Below, one piece after another: positions 27,587 to 42,096 of a DNA stretch of 64,000 bases. The DNA is taken from the NCBI GenBank assembly GCA_951406725.2, contig OX597828.1, positions 63,612,001 to 63,676,000 on the forward strand. The letters run 5' to 3'. Origin of the DNA: Octopus vulgaris (Eukaryota). How positions within the stretch are numbered: the stretch's first letter is position 1; each line of letters starts with the position of its first letter. A program made the position numbers and the translations under genes. The notes below the pieces were generated by a model. That model had not been told where the DNA came from. It saw only the letters and a list, made by a program, of their open reading frames with translations, and searched no databases.

Positions 27587-27816
27587 GCCACTGACCATTC
27601 AAAATACGACCATCAAGGCATTCCCAGATTTACCCACCCCCTCTCCACATCAGCCTTCTGCTTCTCCTACCCTACCAAGAACTCACAACGACCTCGAACA
27701 CACAAGTGCAAACAAGGGAGTCAGAGAAAGGCAGAATGCCACTTATATCTGAACACTACTATAGAAATATTCCTTTAAAAAAACTTTTCTTCTAATTTTT
27801 CTAAATTTAATTATTT

Positions 27817-27869
27817 AATCGTTACAGTTGAAAAGGTCTCAAAATGACCGAAACCGGTACTGAAAGATT
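27817..27869 (+). ncRNA. Minimal type I HHR, U3-A8 core variant (duplicate at 28863-28915)
   Basis: CAG-TTGAAAA-GGTC-tcaaaat-GACC-GAAAC-CG-GTA-CTG; palindromic stem III ACCGGT. Confidence 0.65.
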
Positions 27870-27920
27870 CACTATAAAATTATCTTAGCACTTTCTATTT
27901 TTGACTTGTTTTTTCATATA

Positions 27921-27973
<53 letters not shown>

Positions 27974-28273
27974 ATATAAACGTGGAGTAGACGAAACGGA
28001 GGCGGCTGAAGAAGGGGAACTTTCCTTGTGTCGTATGTCTTGTACCCTGTTTTTTCGTTGTTTAAAAAAATGTCCGTTTCCATGGTTCTGTTTTTAGGTT
28101 TTCGTTTCTCATTGTGTTCGAAGTTTTTTTTTGGGGTGTCCTGTACCTATATATGCATGTATATATACATATAGATGTAGATACGTACATATATGTGTGT
28201 ATATATGCATATGTTTTATTTATTATTTTGTTATTATATGACGAAACCCCACGCATCCTCTTCCAAGTAAGTT

Positions 28274-28337
<64 letters not shown>

Positions 28338-28340
28338 ATA

Positions 28341-28401
<61 letters not shown>

Positions 28402-28440
28402 ATATATGTATGTATATATATATATATGTATATATGTATG

Positions 28441-28493
<53 letters not shown>

Positions 28494-28502
28494 GTATATA
28501 TG

Positions 28503-28633
<131 letters not shown>

Positions 28634-28972
28634 CCACTGACCATTCAAAATACGACCATCAAGGCATTCCCAGATTTACCCACCCCCTCTCCACATCAGC
28701 CTTCTGCTTCTCCTACCCTACCAAGAACTCACAACGACCTCGAACACACAAGTGCAAACAAGGGAGTCAGAGAAAGGCAGAATGCCACTTATATCTGAAC
28801 ACTACTATAGAAATATTCCTTTAAAAAAACTTTTCTTCTAATTTTTCTAAATTTAATTATTTAATCGTTACAGTTGAAAAGGTCTCAAAATGACCGAAAC
28901 CGGTACTGAAAGATTCACTATAAAATTATCTTAGCACTTTCTATTTTTGACTTGTTTTTTCATATATATATG

Positions 28973-29138
<166 letters not shown>

Positions 29139-29181
29139 GTATATATATGTATATATGTATATATATATGTATATATATATG

Positions 29182-29212
<31 letters not shown>

Positions 29213-29317
29213 GTATGTATATATATATGTATATATATATGTATGTATATATATATACATATATTTATATGTATGTATATATATGTATATATATGTATAT
29301 AACGGATCGCTCCTTCG

Positions 29318-29407
29318 TCGCAGCCTGGAAAACACCACAGTACTTTCAAAGTACATTGAGAAATTATCTTGCTTCTTGATATATATATATATATATATGT
29401 ATGTATA

Positions 29408-29483
<76 letters not shown>

Positions 29484-30195
29484 CATAAGTATATAATGTT
29501 CGTAGCCACTTCATTCAACATGGCTGTCCGTTCGAACGGACTTCACTGCGATGTTTTAACCCCAAGACGACATCTCTTCTAGCTGGTTAACGATGCAGAG
29601 CTGCATCCGAGATATTGCGAGCAGGGGAACGAAACCCTGCGACCTTCTAGCGACGGGGCCAGCAGAACACCTCGTCTGCTAGAGGTAGCAGCTGCTCGCT
29701 TCTGCTTGCAATTTACAGACTGTAGCAGACTGAAGCCTGAAACTGCTCTATTCTACTAGGCTGTCACTAGGCCCCCACAGATCAAGAAACGATTCTTACA
29801 GCTGCAAGAAGTGGCAACAATTTAATATATTAAATATTAACAAGTCTGTAAACTTGAAGTGCTGAGTTCGACTGTCCTTGGGTTGTGAATGAACGTTAAC
29901 CAAATTGATTTTCACGAAGATGTTATTTAGATAAAGGTTCGACCCTAACTGGGGCCCAAAGACGGTCTTGTCGTTCTCTCGGACAACTCAAAGGAAACTT
30001 GGCTACCCTGTCTAGTATATCGAGACAACTCCGTGGAGACTCGCTCACTCGTTCGTTGCTCAAAAGGAAGAGCTCGGTGGCCGATTACTCCCAGTGGGCT
30101 AACAATATCCGTCATTTGTTTTATTTTATTACTCTGTTGACTGTTCTATATTTAGTTTTGATTTTTGTTTACATTAATCAGATCTGTGTGTGTGT

Positions 30196-30253
<58 letters not shown>

Positions 30254-30465
30254 GTAAAGGAGAGAGAGTGTGTGTGGGGGAGAGGGGCAGAAATGGAGAA
30301 AGAGAAGCCTCCCACCCAGTCTTTTACTGGATTTCTGACATTGAGGGGTTGGAAAAAATTATGATTTTGTTGCATGTGATTTCTCCTGCCTCTTCTAATT
30401 TCTCAATGTACTTTGAAAGTACTGTGGTATTTTCCAGGCTGCGACGAAGGAGCGATCCGTTATAT
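29318..30465. repeat. ~68-bp inverted repeats about 1 kb apart
   Basis: tataacggatcgctccttcgtcgcagcctggaaaa...gagaaatta (29318-29386) versus its reverse complement at ~30397-30465. Confidence 0.8.
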
Positions 30466-30861
30466 TGGTGTAGTCTACTCTAGAAGGAATGTTCTGTGAG
30501 CTTTATCTTGCTTCTTGATACGTTGACGGTTGAAGCATTAACCAGGTGGAAGAAAATAATTTCATTTCTTTGATTCTCGAATAAAATTATCAAGGTCAGA
30601 GACATCAGATTGCAACTCAAATTTCAGCTTTAGAAGCGTATGTTCTCATCTCACTGCTGCTGTTTTAACGTTTTCCAAGGCTCTGTTCCAGTATGGTCAC
30701 AACCTAATAACTGAAACAAGTAAAAGAATAAAAGATTAATGAATTTTGACATTTTTCTTTCAGTGGCGAGAATTAGTATCATTTCCCCTCTTTGTTCAAG
30801 CCTGAAGTCTTTACTTTCAAGTGTTTACGTATATAACTATAGAGAGAACGTGAGAAAGAGA

Positions 30862-30908
<47 letters not shown>

Positions 30909-31517
30909 TGTGTGTGTGTGTGAGTGAGAGAGAGGGTGTGTGTGAGTGAGAGAGAGAGAGGGGGAGAAAGAGAGGGAGGGAATTTCGCTGGGTCAAGAAA
31001 GAAGAGGAGAAATGAATGAGGGAGAAAGAGAAAGTTCGCAACTTATATCCAACTAGTGGTACAATAAATATAGCAACAAGAAGATTATCTTGTCAACTGA
31101 TAGTTCTCTAAATGTCTGTGTGTCGCTGAAAGCCGTCTTCATTCGAACCTGACACTAAATAGTTTGCTTACAACCTTCAAGAATGCTTACTGTTGTGTCC
31201 GTTTCTTAACAAAAATTAAGACATCAAACGACATCTTTATCCCCTTATCACATCCACTCTGCTTCTATTTCGCTTCTAACAGAATCATTTGTAGAAAAAG
31301 CAGACGATAATTGGCAGTGACAATGGAGGTCATGAACTCGTGACATCAAATAACATTTGTGCTGTCGTGTCACATGACCGACATTCTTACTCACCCATCA
31401 CCAGAAAACAATGGCGGCAGTTGTGACAGAAGTAATGGCGGTGGTGGTGAAGATGCTAACGTTGCTTTCAATGGCATCAGACCGCTAATACTGCTACCAT
31501 CATCTCCATCACCCCAC

Positions 31518-31599
<82 letters not shown>

Positions 31600-31671
31600 C
31601 TTGCGAGTGGGTTTTCCAAAAAACAAATGTTTGTTGCAATCATACACACGCTGCCTGTCGATTTTACTCTT

Positions 31672-31745
<74 letters not shown>

Positions 31746-31874
31746 CGCGTGTACACACATACATACCTACATGTATGTATGTATGTATGTATGTATGTAT
31801 GTATGTATGTATGTATGTATGTATGTATGCATGTATGTTAAATGTATCAATATGTGAATAAATCTACGTCAACA

Positions 31875-31977
<103 letters not shown>

Positions 31978-32428
31978 TATAGGCGCAAATGTGGTTGCGT
32001 GAATAAGAAGTTCGTTTTGCAGTCCCGTGATTTCCAGATCAGTTCCTCTGCGTGGCACTCTAACCAAGCCGATAAAAGGCACCGCGCATGAATCAATTAT
32101 CTTTGAAAATAACGAATAATTCAATATAATAAATTAACCATGGTTTTTCTGTCTTTGGATTAACGAGGAATTTTGCTGGGATTTACGTGCAAAATTAAAA
32201 TAAACCCGGAAGATCTCACATGGACCAAAAGACACTTGGGATTCAAGCCAAAGCCCCACCATGAACGTCAAAACTAATGTAACTAGGGAATTCTTGAATT
32301 TGGTGTCGGGGTATTTTTCTAGGTGCGGTATATATGAATACTCAATAGAAATACCCTGAAAGTTTGGCTGCTCTTGTGAGAATTTCACCTCTTTAGTTAA
32401 CCAACATAACGTGAGAAAACTTACTGAA

Positions 32429-32603
32429 GGCACAGGAGTAGCCGTGTGGTAAGTAGCTTGCTTACCAGCCACATTGTTCCAGGTTCAGTCCTACTGCGTG
32501 CACCTTGGGCAAGTGTCTTCTACTATAGCCTTGGGCCGGCCAAAACCTTGTGAGTGGATTTGGTAGATGGAAATTGAAAGAAGCCCTTCGTATATGTATA
32601 TAT

Positions 32604-32634
<31 letters not shown>

Positions 32635-32665
32635 CATATACACATATATATACACACACACACAC

Positions 32666-32701
<36 letters not shown>

Positions 32702-32910
32702 TTATGTGTCTGTTTGTCCCCCATCATCGCTTGACAACCGATGCTGGTATGTTTACATCCCCGTAACTTAGCGGTTCGGCACAAGAGACCGATAGAATAA
32801 GTACTAGGCTTACAAAGAATAAGTCCTTGGGTCGATTTGTTCGACTAAAAGGCGGTGCTCCAGCATGGCCGCAGTCAAATGACTGAAACAAGTAAAAGAA
32901 TAAAAGAATA
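32429..32910 (+). mobile_element. SINE family 1, full length
   Basis: ggcacaggagtagccgtgtggtaag...aagtaaaagaataaaagaata. Confidence 0.88.
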
Positions 32911-32949
32911 AGCCTATAGAAATGAAAATAACCCTAAAAGTAATTCTAT

Positions 32950-33260
32950 AGACAATTGCATGCTCAAAGGAGTTGTGTATAGAACTAAACTATGAGTCGA
33001 TAAGAGCTCATATACAAAATTTACATCGTAGCAACAGAAAACAGTTTCAAAATACAGTTTTACCAGCACAGAAAATCTTTTATGTAATAGTAGTTGAAAG
33101 AAGGTAATTCAGCCCTTTTCAAGATCCATTGGAAAAAGTAAACCCATACAAACATATGTCATTATGTTTTGGTGAGAATGGCTTTATCCCGTTGCAGAAC
33201 GCACAGGCATTAAATCGGAAATATGAACTATTGAAATGCTGTAGGCTTTCTTCAAAATTC
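32950..33260 (+). pseudogene. Decayed PLE GIY-YIG endonuclease 3' fragment
   Basis: Broken translation NCMLKGVVYRT, KIYIVATENSFK, YQHRKSF, LNRKYELLKCCR parallels the C terminus of the 2295-5219 ORF. Confidence 0.65.
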
Positions 33261-33403
33261 TTGATTTCGAAGCCTCTTCCACTGAACAGATAATGTATTT
33301 GGCCATTACTCTCTATTGTGTCTATTGTATCTGTTTTATTACTCTGTTGATTGTGCTATATCTAATTTCGTTTCTTTCTAGGATTGCTCAGATGTGTGTG
33401 GGT

Positions 33404-33444
<41 letters not shown>

Positions 33445-33506
33445 ATTCTCCAATTTCTAAATATCCTTTAAAAGTGCTTCAGTCTTTTTCAGGAACAAGC
33501 CATTAT

Positions 33507-33710
33507 ACAGTTCTATATTTAAGAGATGAAGAATTATGTACATTATTTACATTTGACGGATATTTGTCCTCATGTTGCTTGTTGTTAACACAACATTTCG
33601 GCTGATATACCACCTGATGAAGGCTGGAGGGTATATCAGCCGAAACGTTGCGTTAACAGCAAACAGGATAAGGACAAATATTCGTCAAATGTAAATAACG
33701 TACGTAAAGT
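33507..33710 (+). mobile_element. ~204-bp fold-back mini-insert with HHR core and 12-bp target-site duplication
   Basis: acaagccattat at 33495-33506 and 33711-33722; imperfect inverted repeat 33538-33703; CTGATGA-A-GGCTG...CAGCC-GAAAC at 33614-33646. Confidence 0.78.
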
Positions 33711-33776
33711 ACAAGCCATTATGCTAGTGCCTGTCACTCTTGAAAGAATGCTCTGTGTGCCTTATGTTTTGCTACT

Positions 33777-33836
<60 letters not shown>

Positions 33837-33975
33837 CCCTTTGGTGCAGGCCTTGTGTCTGTAGAAGAAAGGATGATGATTATTACTTTGGAGATGTTGG
33901 CTAAGTCCTTATTCTAACTTGCTTCGAGCATCAACTTTGATCCTGAGAAGATCTTTTATAACGTTTTTATAAACT

Positions 33976-34165
33976 GGCGGAATCATTAGAAAGACGGACA
34001 AAGTGCTTAACAGCATTTCTTTCGGCCCTTTATGCTCTGAATTCAAATTCCACTGGGGTCAACTTAGCTTTCAACTGCTTCGGGGTCGATAAAATAAAAT
34101 ACCAGTAAAGTACTGGGGTCGATGTCATCGACTTACCTCTTCCCTTCAAAAATTACTAGCCTTGA
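33976..34165 (+). mobile_element. SINE family 2, diverged
   Basis: ctgaattcaaattcc...ttcggggtcgataaa...tactggggtcgat. Confidence 0.7.
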
Positions 34166-35391
34166 ACCCCACAAAGTGCTGGCGTCTCGTTCTGGGGCAA
34201 ACTGTGATCTCTCTATGCTTATGAGACTTACGGCTGAAAATAAAAGATTTAAATAAGGTTTTTATAACGATTTCTCCTTCAACATGGTATTCCACCACTC
34301 ATGTTATTCATTATTCATAAGGTGTTAGCATTCAGATTTTAAATTATCATTTCTCCCATTTAAAATTATTGATTTAAATTTTGAATTCATTGAACTCTTC
34401 TAATGATTTCCTCATATTTCTTTTTTTTTTTAAATTTCCTGCCTTTTCATACATTTGAACTCGTAGTTAATCTCCTTGCTTTGATAGATATTTCTGTGTC
34501 TGTGTGTCCGTTTTGTTTTTGTTTTTATTACACCCTACAAGGAAAACACTACGTTAGATCTCCCTATCAAATTGTGCTATCTAATACACGCATTCTAATC
34601 GCTCATATCCCCTATGTATGTATGTATGTATGTATGTATGTATGTATGTATGTATGTATGTATGTATGTATGTATGCATGCATGTATGTATGTATGTGTT
34701 TGTATGTAAATATGTGTGTGTATGTATGTGTGCGAGTGTTGTGTGTGTGCGTGTATTGTGTTTGTATGCATATTTGTATATTTATATCCACGCGCGCATA
34801 CACATATGTATATATAAATGTATATTTAAAAGGTTTTTAGCAAAATTTCTAGATACACTCACAATACTTGGAAATCTAATTATGTAAGAAAAAATCTTTT
34901 AAAAAATAGATTCGACACAGACCCAATGGAAGTAATTTTTGGAGCAAGTGCCTTTCAATATTTTCAGCTTATAGAAAACAATTCCCATATAACATGTACA
35001 CACACACAGATACACACAGATACACGTGATAAAATCCGTTTGCGTTAAAGGAAGTAGCTAAAAGAACACAAAGAGAAAGTACTCAATACACAACCTTTGG
35101 AGAGAGATCATTATTATTATTACCATTATTATTATTATTGATTTGTATTAGGTACGTTCTTATTCTTGGCAGGGATTATGTGGGTAGCGGGTTACTACCT
35201 GTAATCTTCCAATGATCTTTCAAGTATTTAAAACCCTCCTCCCCCTCTCCTCTCCTCCTCCTTTTTATTATTATTATCCTCATCATCATCATCATCGTCG
35301 TCATCATCATCATCATCATTATTATTGAGTGAGGGAACAGTGCATACCATCAAAGTAACACTGGGGTAAAATATACGAAGCCCAGTATATC

Positions 35392-35453
<62 letters not shown>

Positions 35454-35847
35454 GATAAAAATCGGCCTTTACGGAATGATTATAATGCTTCTTACATGAT
35501 GCTCACACTGTAAATGCCGATTTTTATCTAATAATAAAAATAATAAAAATAAGAATGATGATGATGATGATGATGTTGATGAAATAATGTTGATGATACA
35601 TGCATGTTGTATTTCTATGTTTGTTTTCATTTCTTGAATTCTTTCTTGAAAGAACGGTATGGTTCCTAACAAAGAACCTTGGTTCCATTGATGGAATTTG
35701 GATAAGAAATGCGGAGAGGAATTACAGGTGGAACATCAAAAAAGACTTGCATAGTTTTTTTTTACAGATCTTCTAGATTGCCTTACCCATCTATGTATAT
35801 ATATGTATGTATTTATATGTATATATGTATGCGTGTATATATCTCTG

Positions 35848-35909
<62 letters not shown>

Positions 35910-36909
35910 TGTATGTATATTTTAATTTTGGGCTTAAATAAAGTTCCTCTTTGTAGTAATATACAAAATCGTCGAAATTTTGACGTGTTGAGAATCCCAG
36001 TATTTGGTCCGAATGTCAGCGTCTTGGTTTCAAATTCTGCGGCAGTCATACTTTCATCCTTTCGGGGTCCATGAAAAAAAATGTTACCACTCCTGGACCG
36101 TAGATTGGACAGGAAACCTTGTAGTATATGTTCCGTATCTTTATTTTCCGTTCCGGGTTCAATTCTCAGTATGGCCTATATCATTGTATCAATGATAGGT
36201 TTCGCCTTCCACACGATTTTACACAACAGCCTTGGGTACCCTGGGTGCATTGAGCGGATTTGCTCTATTGCAAGTGTTCAGTTGCCGGTTTCAGGTTAAA
36301 TAACTTCCTCCCACGAGTTTCGGCGGTCGTAAAGATGGTCATGGGCGGAACGCTTCCACTTGGTTAACAAAGCTCTTTTGTTTACGTCGTTTCAATTCCC
36401 GAGGTTTGCGAATAAAATGAGGTGAATATTGTTGGGATTTATTTTATTAATTCTTTTTAAAAATCTCGAACCCATAACACCCATTTATCCGAGATCTCAA
36501 GATCCTTTGAACGGGATCGAACGAGACAGTGGTCATTTGCAGTGTTCAAGGCCATCGATGTTGAGGCGTGGGAACAAGTCGATTCTATCGATCTCAATAC
36601 TTGATTGTTACTTTATTCTATCGATCTCGAATGGACGAAAGAGAGAGAGTTTATCGCAGTGGGATTTGAACTCAGCACGTAAAGAGCAAGAAGAAATACT
36701 GCTAAACAATTTGACCGACGTGTTCACGATTCTGCCAGCGCGCTACCCAGCTCGCCACCCGTGGGTATTTATACCCCGGTGCATATGTGGATGTATTTCT
36801 CGTGTAATGCGTGTACATATCTCATTTGTACATTAAGTGGATCTGTTTCATCACTCCTCTGTGTGTGTGCGCGTGTGCCCCATACAGACACGCGGATTCC
36901 ATGGAACCT

Positions 36910-37250
36910 AAATGCAGAATTCTTTTACTGTTTTACATATCTTCATTGTGTCACCAATCGAAGAGCTTCGGAGGAAGTGAGTTTTCTTTGTTCTTTCTGG
37001 GAAACCCTGAATTTCGAGGCATTTATCGATTTTTACTCAATTCCGTGAGAATATGACAATAGGTATAAATGAAATGTCTCAGTGTCGGTCACGAGACTTT
37101 CGATTTCCGTAGCAGTTCGCCAAAGATTCTGTTCTCCTGTTCTCCTTTTCCTCAGCTCTCTTGGCAGGACATTCACAACCGGAATGGAGCTAACCTCCAC
37201 AGAAATGCACAACTTTTGTTCCGTGTATGTATGTTCTCTTCAATTTTTTG
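36910..37250 (-). pseudogene. Decayed 3' end of an RLE-type (R4/NeSL-like) non-LTR retrotransposon
   Basis: Broken translation EQKLCISVEVS...VNV, IFGELLR, FIPIV, GDTMKICKTV resembles the restriction-like endonuclease C terminus. Confidence 0.5.
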
Positions 37251-37776
37251 CGTATTTAAATTCTTCCTCTGAGGAAGGAGCTGGTTTCGTTGGAATGGAG
37301 ATAACAAACAACAATTACACAATACAAAACTTTAGAAAAGTCTTGCATATTTTTACTGTTTCACTTACAGATTATATTTTTAATGTGCGAGTCAAATGGT
37401 TGATTTCCTTTTCTGAAAACCCTAGCTTATCTACATTGTCATTTAGGGATTTACTTGCAAGACCAAGTGTGTGTGTATATATATGAATGGATGGATGGAT
37501 GTAGGTAGGTAAGTACAGATGTCTCTCAGTTTAAAAGATGAATTGGTTATGCGACTCACCATGCTAATCGAAATCGTATAAAACGAGGGAAATGTTTTTC
37601 AATGATCTTATTGATAAAAAATAAAATAAAACAAGTACACAAGCGAGATTTATGCAATTAGTTATTGAAATGGGGACAATAAATGCGATAATTGCGAGTG
37701 TATATATGTGTGTATGCATGCATGTATGTATGTATGTATGTATGTATGTATGTATGTATGTATGTATGTATGTATG

Positions 37777-37807
<31 letters not shown>

Positions 37808-37922
37808 ATATGTATGTATGTATGTATGTATATATATACAAATATATGAACAAATATATGTATATAATAAATATACATACATAATACATACATACATATA
37901 TGTCTATATATATATGTATGTG

Positions 37923-37944
<22 letters not shown>

Positions 37945-37954
<10 letters not shown>

Positions 37955-38144
37955 TATAGAAGGAGCTTCTACAGGACTAGTACTGTTTCATTCAAGAGAA
38001 ATCTTCAGGAAGCTTCCTGAAGATTTCTCTTGAATGAAACAGTACTAGTCCTGTAGAAGCTCCTTCTATATAATAAATTAATTTTACTCTGCTATGTATT
38101 GAGTACCTTACTTACTGTGGTTAACCCCGAATCAACCCGGGACC

Positions 38145-38147
<3 letters not shown>
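37945..38147 (+). mobile_element. PLE-like mini-insert: 136-bp perfect palindrome (37945-38080) with an HHR-like core on each arm
   Basis: Centred at 38012/38013; CTGAAGA 38017-38023, GAAAC 38036-38040, GTC 38048-38050; stem I incomplete. Confidence 0.75.
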
Positions 38148-38194
<47 letters not shown>

Positions 38195-38309
38195 CACATA
38201 CATATATATATAGACATATATGTATGTATGTATTATGTATGTATATTTATTATATACATATATTTGTTCATATATTTGTATATATATACATACATACATA
38301 CATACATAT

Positions 38310-38340
<31 letters not shown>

Positions 38341-38399
38341 CATACATACATACATACATACATACATACATACATACATACATACATACATGCATGCAT

Positions 38400-38447
<48 letters not shown>

Positions 38448-38503
38448 GCGGAGACGTATACAAAACAAAACAAGCATGAAAGCACGCACGCACACACAAC
38501 ACA

Positions 38504-38537
<34 letters not shown>

Positions 38538-40232
38538 TACACACACACTCTCTCTCTCTCACACACACACATATACACACACACACACTCCCTCTCTCTC
38601 TCCCTATACACATATATGTGTATGTCTTTGCCCCTGTGATTATCCACCATCATCGTTTGACAATCGGTGTTGGTGTGTTTACGTCCTCGTAACTTAGCGG
38701 ATCGGCAAAAGAGACAAATGGAAATAGAATGAGTACCAGGATTTAATAAAAAGACTCCTGGGGTTGATTCCTTCGGCTAAAAATTCCACAAGTCGCGGCT
38801 TGTCCAAGTATGGCTGCAGTCCAATGTGTGAAACAAGTTGAAGAGAAAAGAGAAAAGCTATTCCCAATGTTTGAGCAGTTTATATTCATGCGTAAACAAC
38901 TCGAACCTCTCCTGGTTACATAAGATATAAAAACATAGGCGACGAATCCCAATTTGAATCTCCCTCACTTTGCCAAGAGCAGACGACGTCCACACCTCAA
39001 TGGAAGTGACGTTAAAACATTCATTAATGGATTTGGTTAACTGGAACAAAAAGATCCGTCTTTATTATTACCCATCCTTTTATTCACATAGATTACTCCC
39101 CTGGCTCAAGTACTGCTGCTTATGGAACTACATCAGGGATGAGTATTCGTTAATTTTGTACAAAGCTCTTGACTCTTATGACCAATAGAGTACTTCATAC
39201 AAATCCGGATTTGTTAAATACTCAGACATATTGCCTCACAATCGAAAGACAAGGTTTGTCGTGCGATCAGTTATCATCGTGTCATCAACACACGTAAATA
39301 TTACTATCCAGTCCGACCTTCATTCACTGGTGCCAATCCATCAATGCACTCTCCATTGATTTTTTTCTTTCTTTCTTTTCGGTTCTGAAAGGATAAATGG
39401 CAAAGGGGATAGAGTCGGAACAAAGGCCACCGACTGTTCTACCTGATGCTCTAACGCGTCTGTCAATTTGTTATTGTGTGAGTGTGTATGTGTGTTTGTG
39501 TATGTGAGTGTTAATTTTATACACCACACACACACACATACACTCACACACACATATACTAGTTTAGAAGCCGCCCTATGGAGGGCTCTTCATTGGGTCT
39601 TTGGCCCAACAATGACACTTCATGCATTGAGTACATATATTTTATTAAACTTGACCAATATTTTCCAAGCCATGAACAATTTTTATCAAAACAATGATAT
39701 AATTTGTTGACTTGGAACTTATTGCAAAGGTTCATGATAAACAACATTTTTTGTCTTTCCATTCGGGGGTCAGTACAGTTTTTTTTTCTATCTAATCTTT
39801 GTCTTTCTCTCTCTCTCTCTTTCTGTTGATTGCTTTCAACCATCACCATCACCAGTACCACTACCATCGCCACAATCATCAATGCCTTTGACTTCGCCGC
39901 CTTCTCTTCCACCACCATCACCACTGTCTTTCACATCGCTTACTATCACCATCGTCCCTTGGCATTCATTATTATAGATAGAACAGAAGCTATAGATGTT
40001 TAATTTGGGGGGAAACTGTATTTCAATTAAAGTGTATTTTATATGTATATATGTGTGTGTGTGTGTGTGTACGTGTGTATGTATAGTGTTAGAAGTGGTG
40101 TACAGATATTAAATATTGAGAAAAGAGGAGGTCGCCAGAATTTTGGGAAAATAATTTTTTTCTTTTGTCATTACTATTAGCGCTTTCATTCGTCTCTGAA
40201 CTTGTCAAGTAAAATTGTGAATGGGCAAAGAA

Positions 40233-40443
40233 ACGTTAGCACGCCGGGAAAAATGCCTAGCAGTATTTCGTCTGCCGTTACGTTCTGAGTTCAAATTCCG
40301 CCGAGCTTGACTTTGCCTTTCATCCTTTCGGGGTCGATAAATAAAGTACCAGTTTCGCACTGGGGTCGATGTAATTGACTTAATCCCTTTGTCTGTCCTT
40401 GTTTGTCCCCTCTGTGTTTAACCCCTTGTGGGTAATAAAGAAA
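40233..40443 (+). mobile_element. SINE family 2 (Nin/Deu-domain-like), well preserved; decayed copies near 36565-36740 (-), 58845-59125 (-), 59336-59555 (+) and 63135-63270 (+)
   Basis: gagttcaaattcc B box followed by gcctttcatcctttcggggtcgataaa. Confidence 0.8.
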
Positions 40444-40914
40444 CATATATAAATCAGGTATTTTTGTTTTGTTTTATTTAGAAGAGAACATTGTTTTGTT
40501 TTTTTGTTTTGTGGGGGTGAGGTTCCAGGACAATGGAGGTAGATAGGTAGAGAGGGGGATTTATTTTCAATTTGGAATGTTTTTTTTACCATTTATTTAG
40601 TATTTTACCATTGTATAGCAACTGGCAGGAGACCTGAATTCAAGAATGGTGACCTCTTTTAGGATGGGGAAAATAATCAAAAAAGGATAGGGTGCGGTCA
40701 TCACGAACAGCATTTAAAAAAAAAATAATAAAACCAAATTTCTATCAATTTCATGTTTTGTATGAACAATATTTACAAATTAGAGAAATGCGTAAAGTTA
40801 GAATATCCCAAAGTTATATATACATATACATACATACATACATACATACATACATACATACATACACATACACATACATACACACATATATATATATATA
40901 TATACCTGAATATT

Positions 40915-40975
<61 letters not shown>

Positions 40976-41056
40976 GTATATAGATGTGCATATATATGTG
41001 TATATATATATGTATATATATGTGTGTATATATATATATGTATATATATGTGTGTG

Positions 41057-41087
<31 letters not shown>

Positions 41088-41089
<2 letters not shown>

Positions 41090-41213
41090 AAGAGCGTAGG
41101 CTCGAAACGTTAAAGACTTGTTTTATTTATATTTCCTGAGCGCCATACTAATACAATTGTTTGTTTGTTTTCCACCTGCCTTCGTCTTTTGTCTATTTTC
41201 ATAAAGCTTCCCG

Positions 41214-41216
<3 letters not shown>
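41088..41216 (+). mobile_element. Short TA-flanked repeat with minimal HHR-like motif (other copies 57470-57600 +, 17085-17200 -, 26607-26705 -, 51075-51155 -)
   Basis: (CTG)TTGA-A-GAGC-gtag-GCTC-GAAACGT-H followed by ttcctgagcg...ctaataca...ccacctg-cttcgtctttt. Confidence 0.7.
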
Positions 41217-41275
<59 letters not shown>

Positions 41276-41517
41276 GTATTAAAGAAAGCAAAAATAAAAC
41301 AAAAATGATAGTGATCTGTATGCTGGTTCAGTATCTTGGCCACAGGAATTCCTGTCAAAGAGACATGGTTAAACAAAGTTGTACATCATCTCCCTCTTCC
41401 TCCCACATACCCACTCTTTCTCTCTCACTTATTGGTGCTCTTACTGCCCCCATTAACACTACAACTTTTGATAAATCATCATCAACTCTTCCTAAATTTT
41501 TGTCTCTCTTTCTTCCC

Positions 41518-41555
<38 letters not shown>

Positions 41556-42003
41556 TCGCCACTGCCTTCACCGTCTCTACTATTACTCTCACCCCAGCGC
41601 GAGGAATAGTACAAGTGTCATTGAATAGTGACACACTGACACACACAAATTAATTTTCGCATTTATTATATTATATTACATTATATATACTTAAATGCAC
41701 ACATATATATGTGTATGTGTATATGTGTGTGCGTATGTATGACTGTATTTATATACGTATACGTATGGTTTTTATCTTATTTTCCAATGTTCTTGGTGTG
41801 AACTGGTGTATTGAAACCAGATACTCCTAAACATTGGATGGGATTGGATAAGGGGGCGAGGCTGCCAATTAAAACTTAATTAACAAGTTTATTTCACGTC
41901 AGTTTTCGGTAATTAATTGATAATAAAACTGAAGTTGTATTTAATTGACAACAGGACTCTACCAAAGTACAACAGGCGAACACAAGCATTGCGCGCGCAC
42001 ACA

Positions 42004-42096
<93 letters not shown>

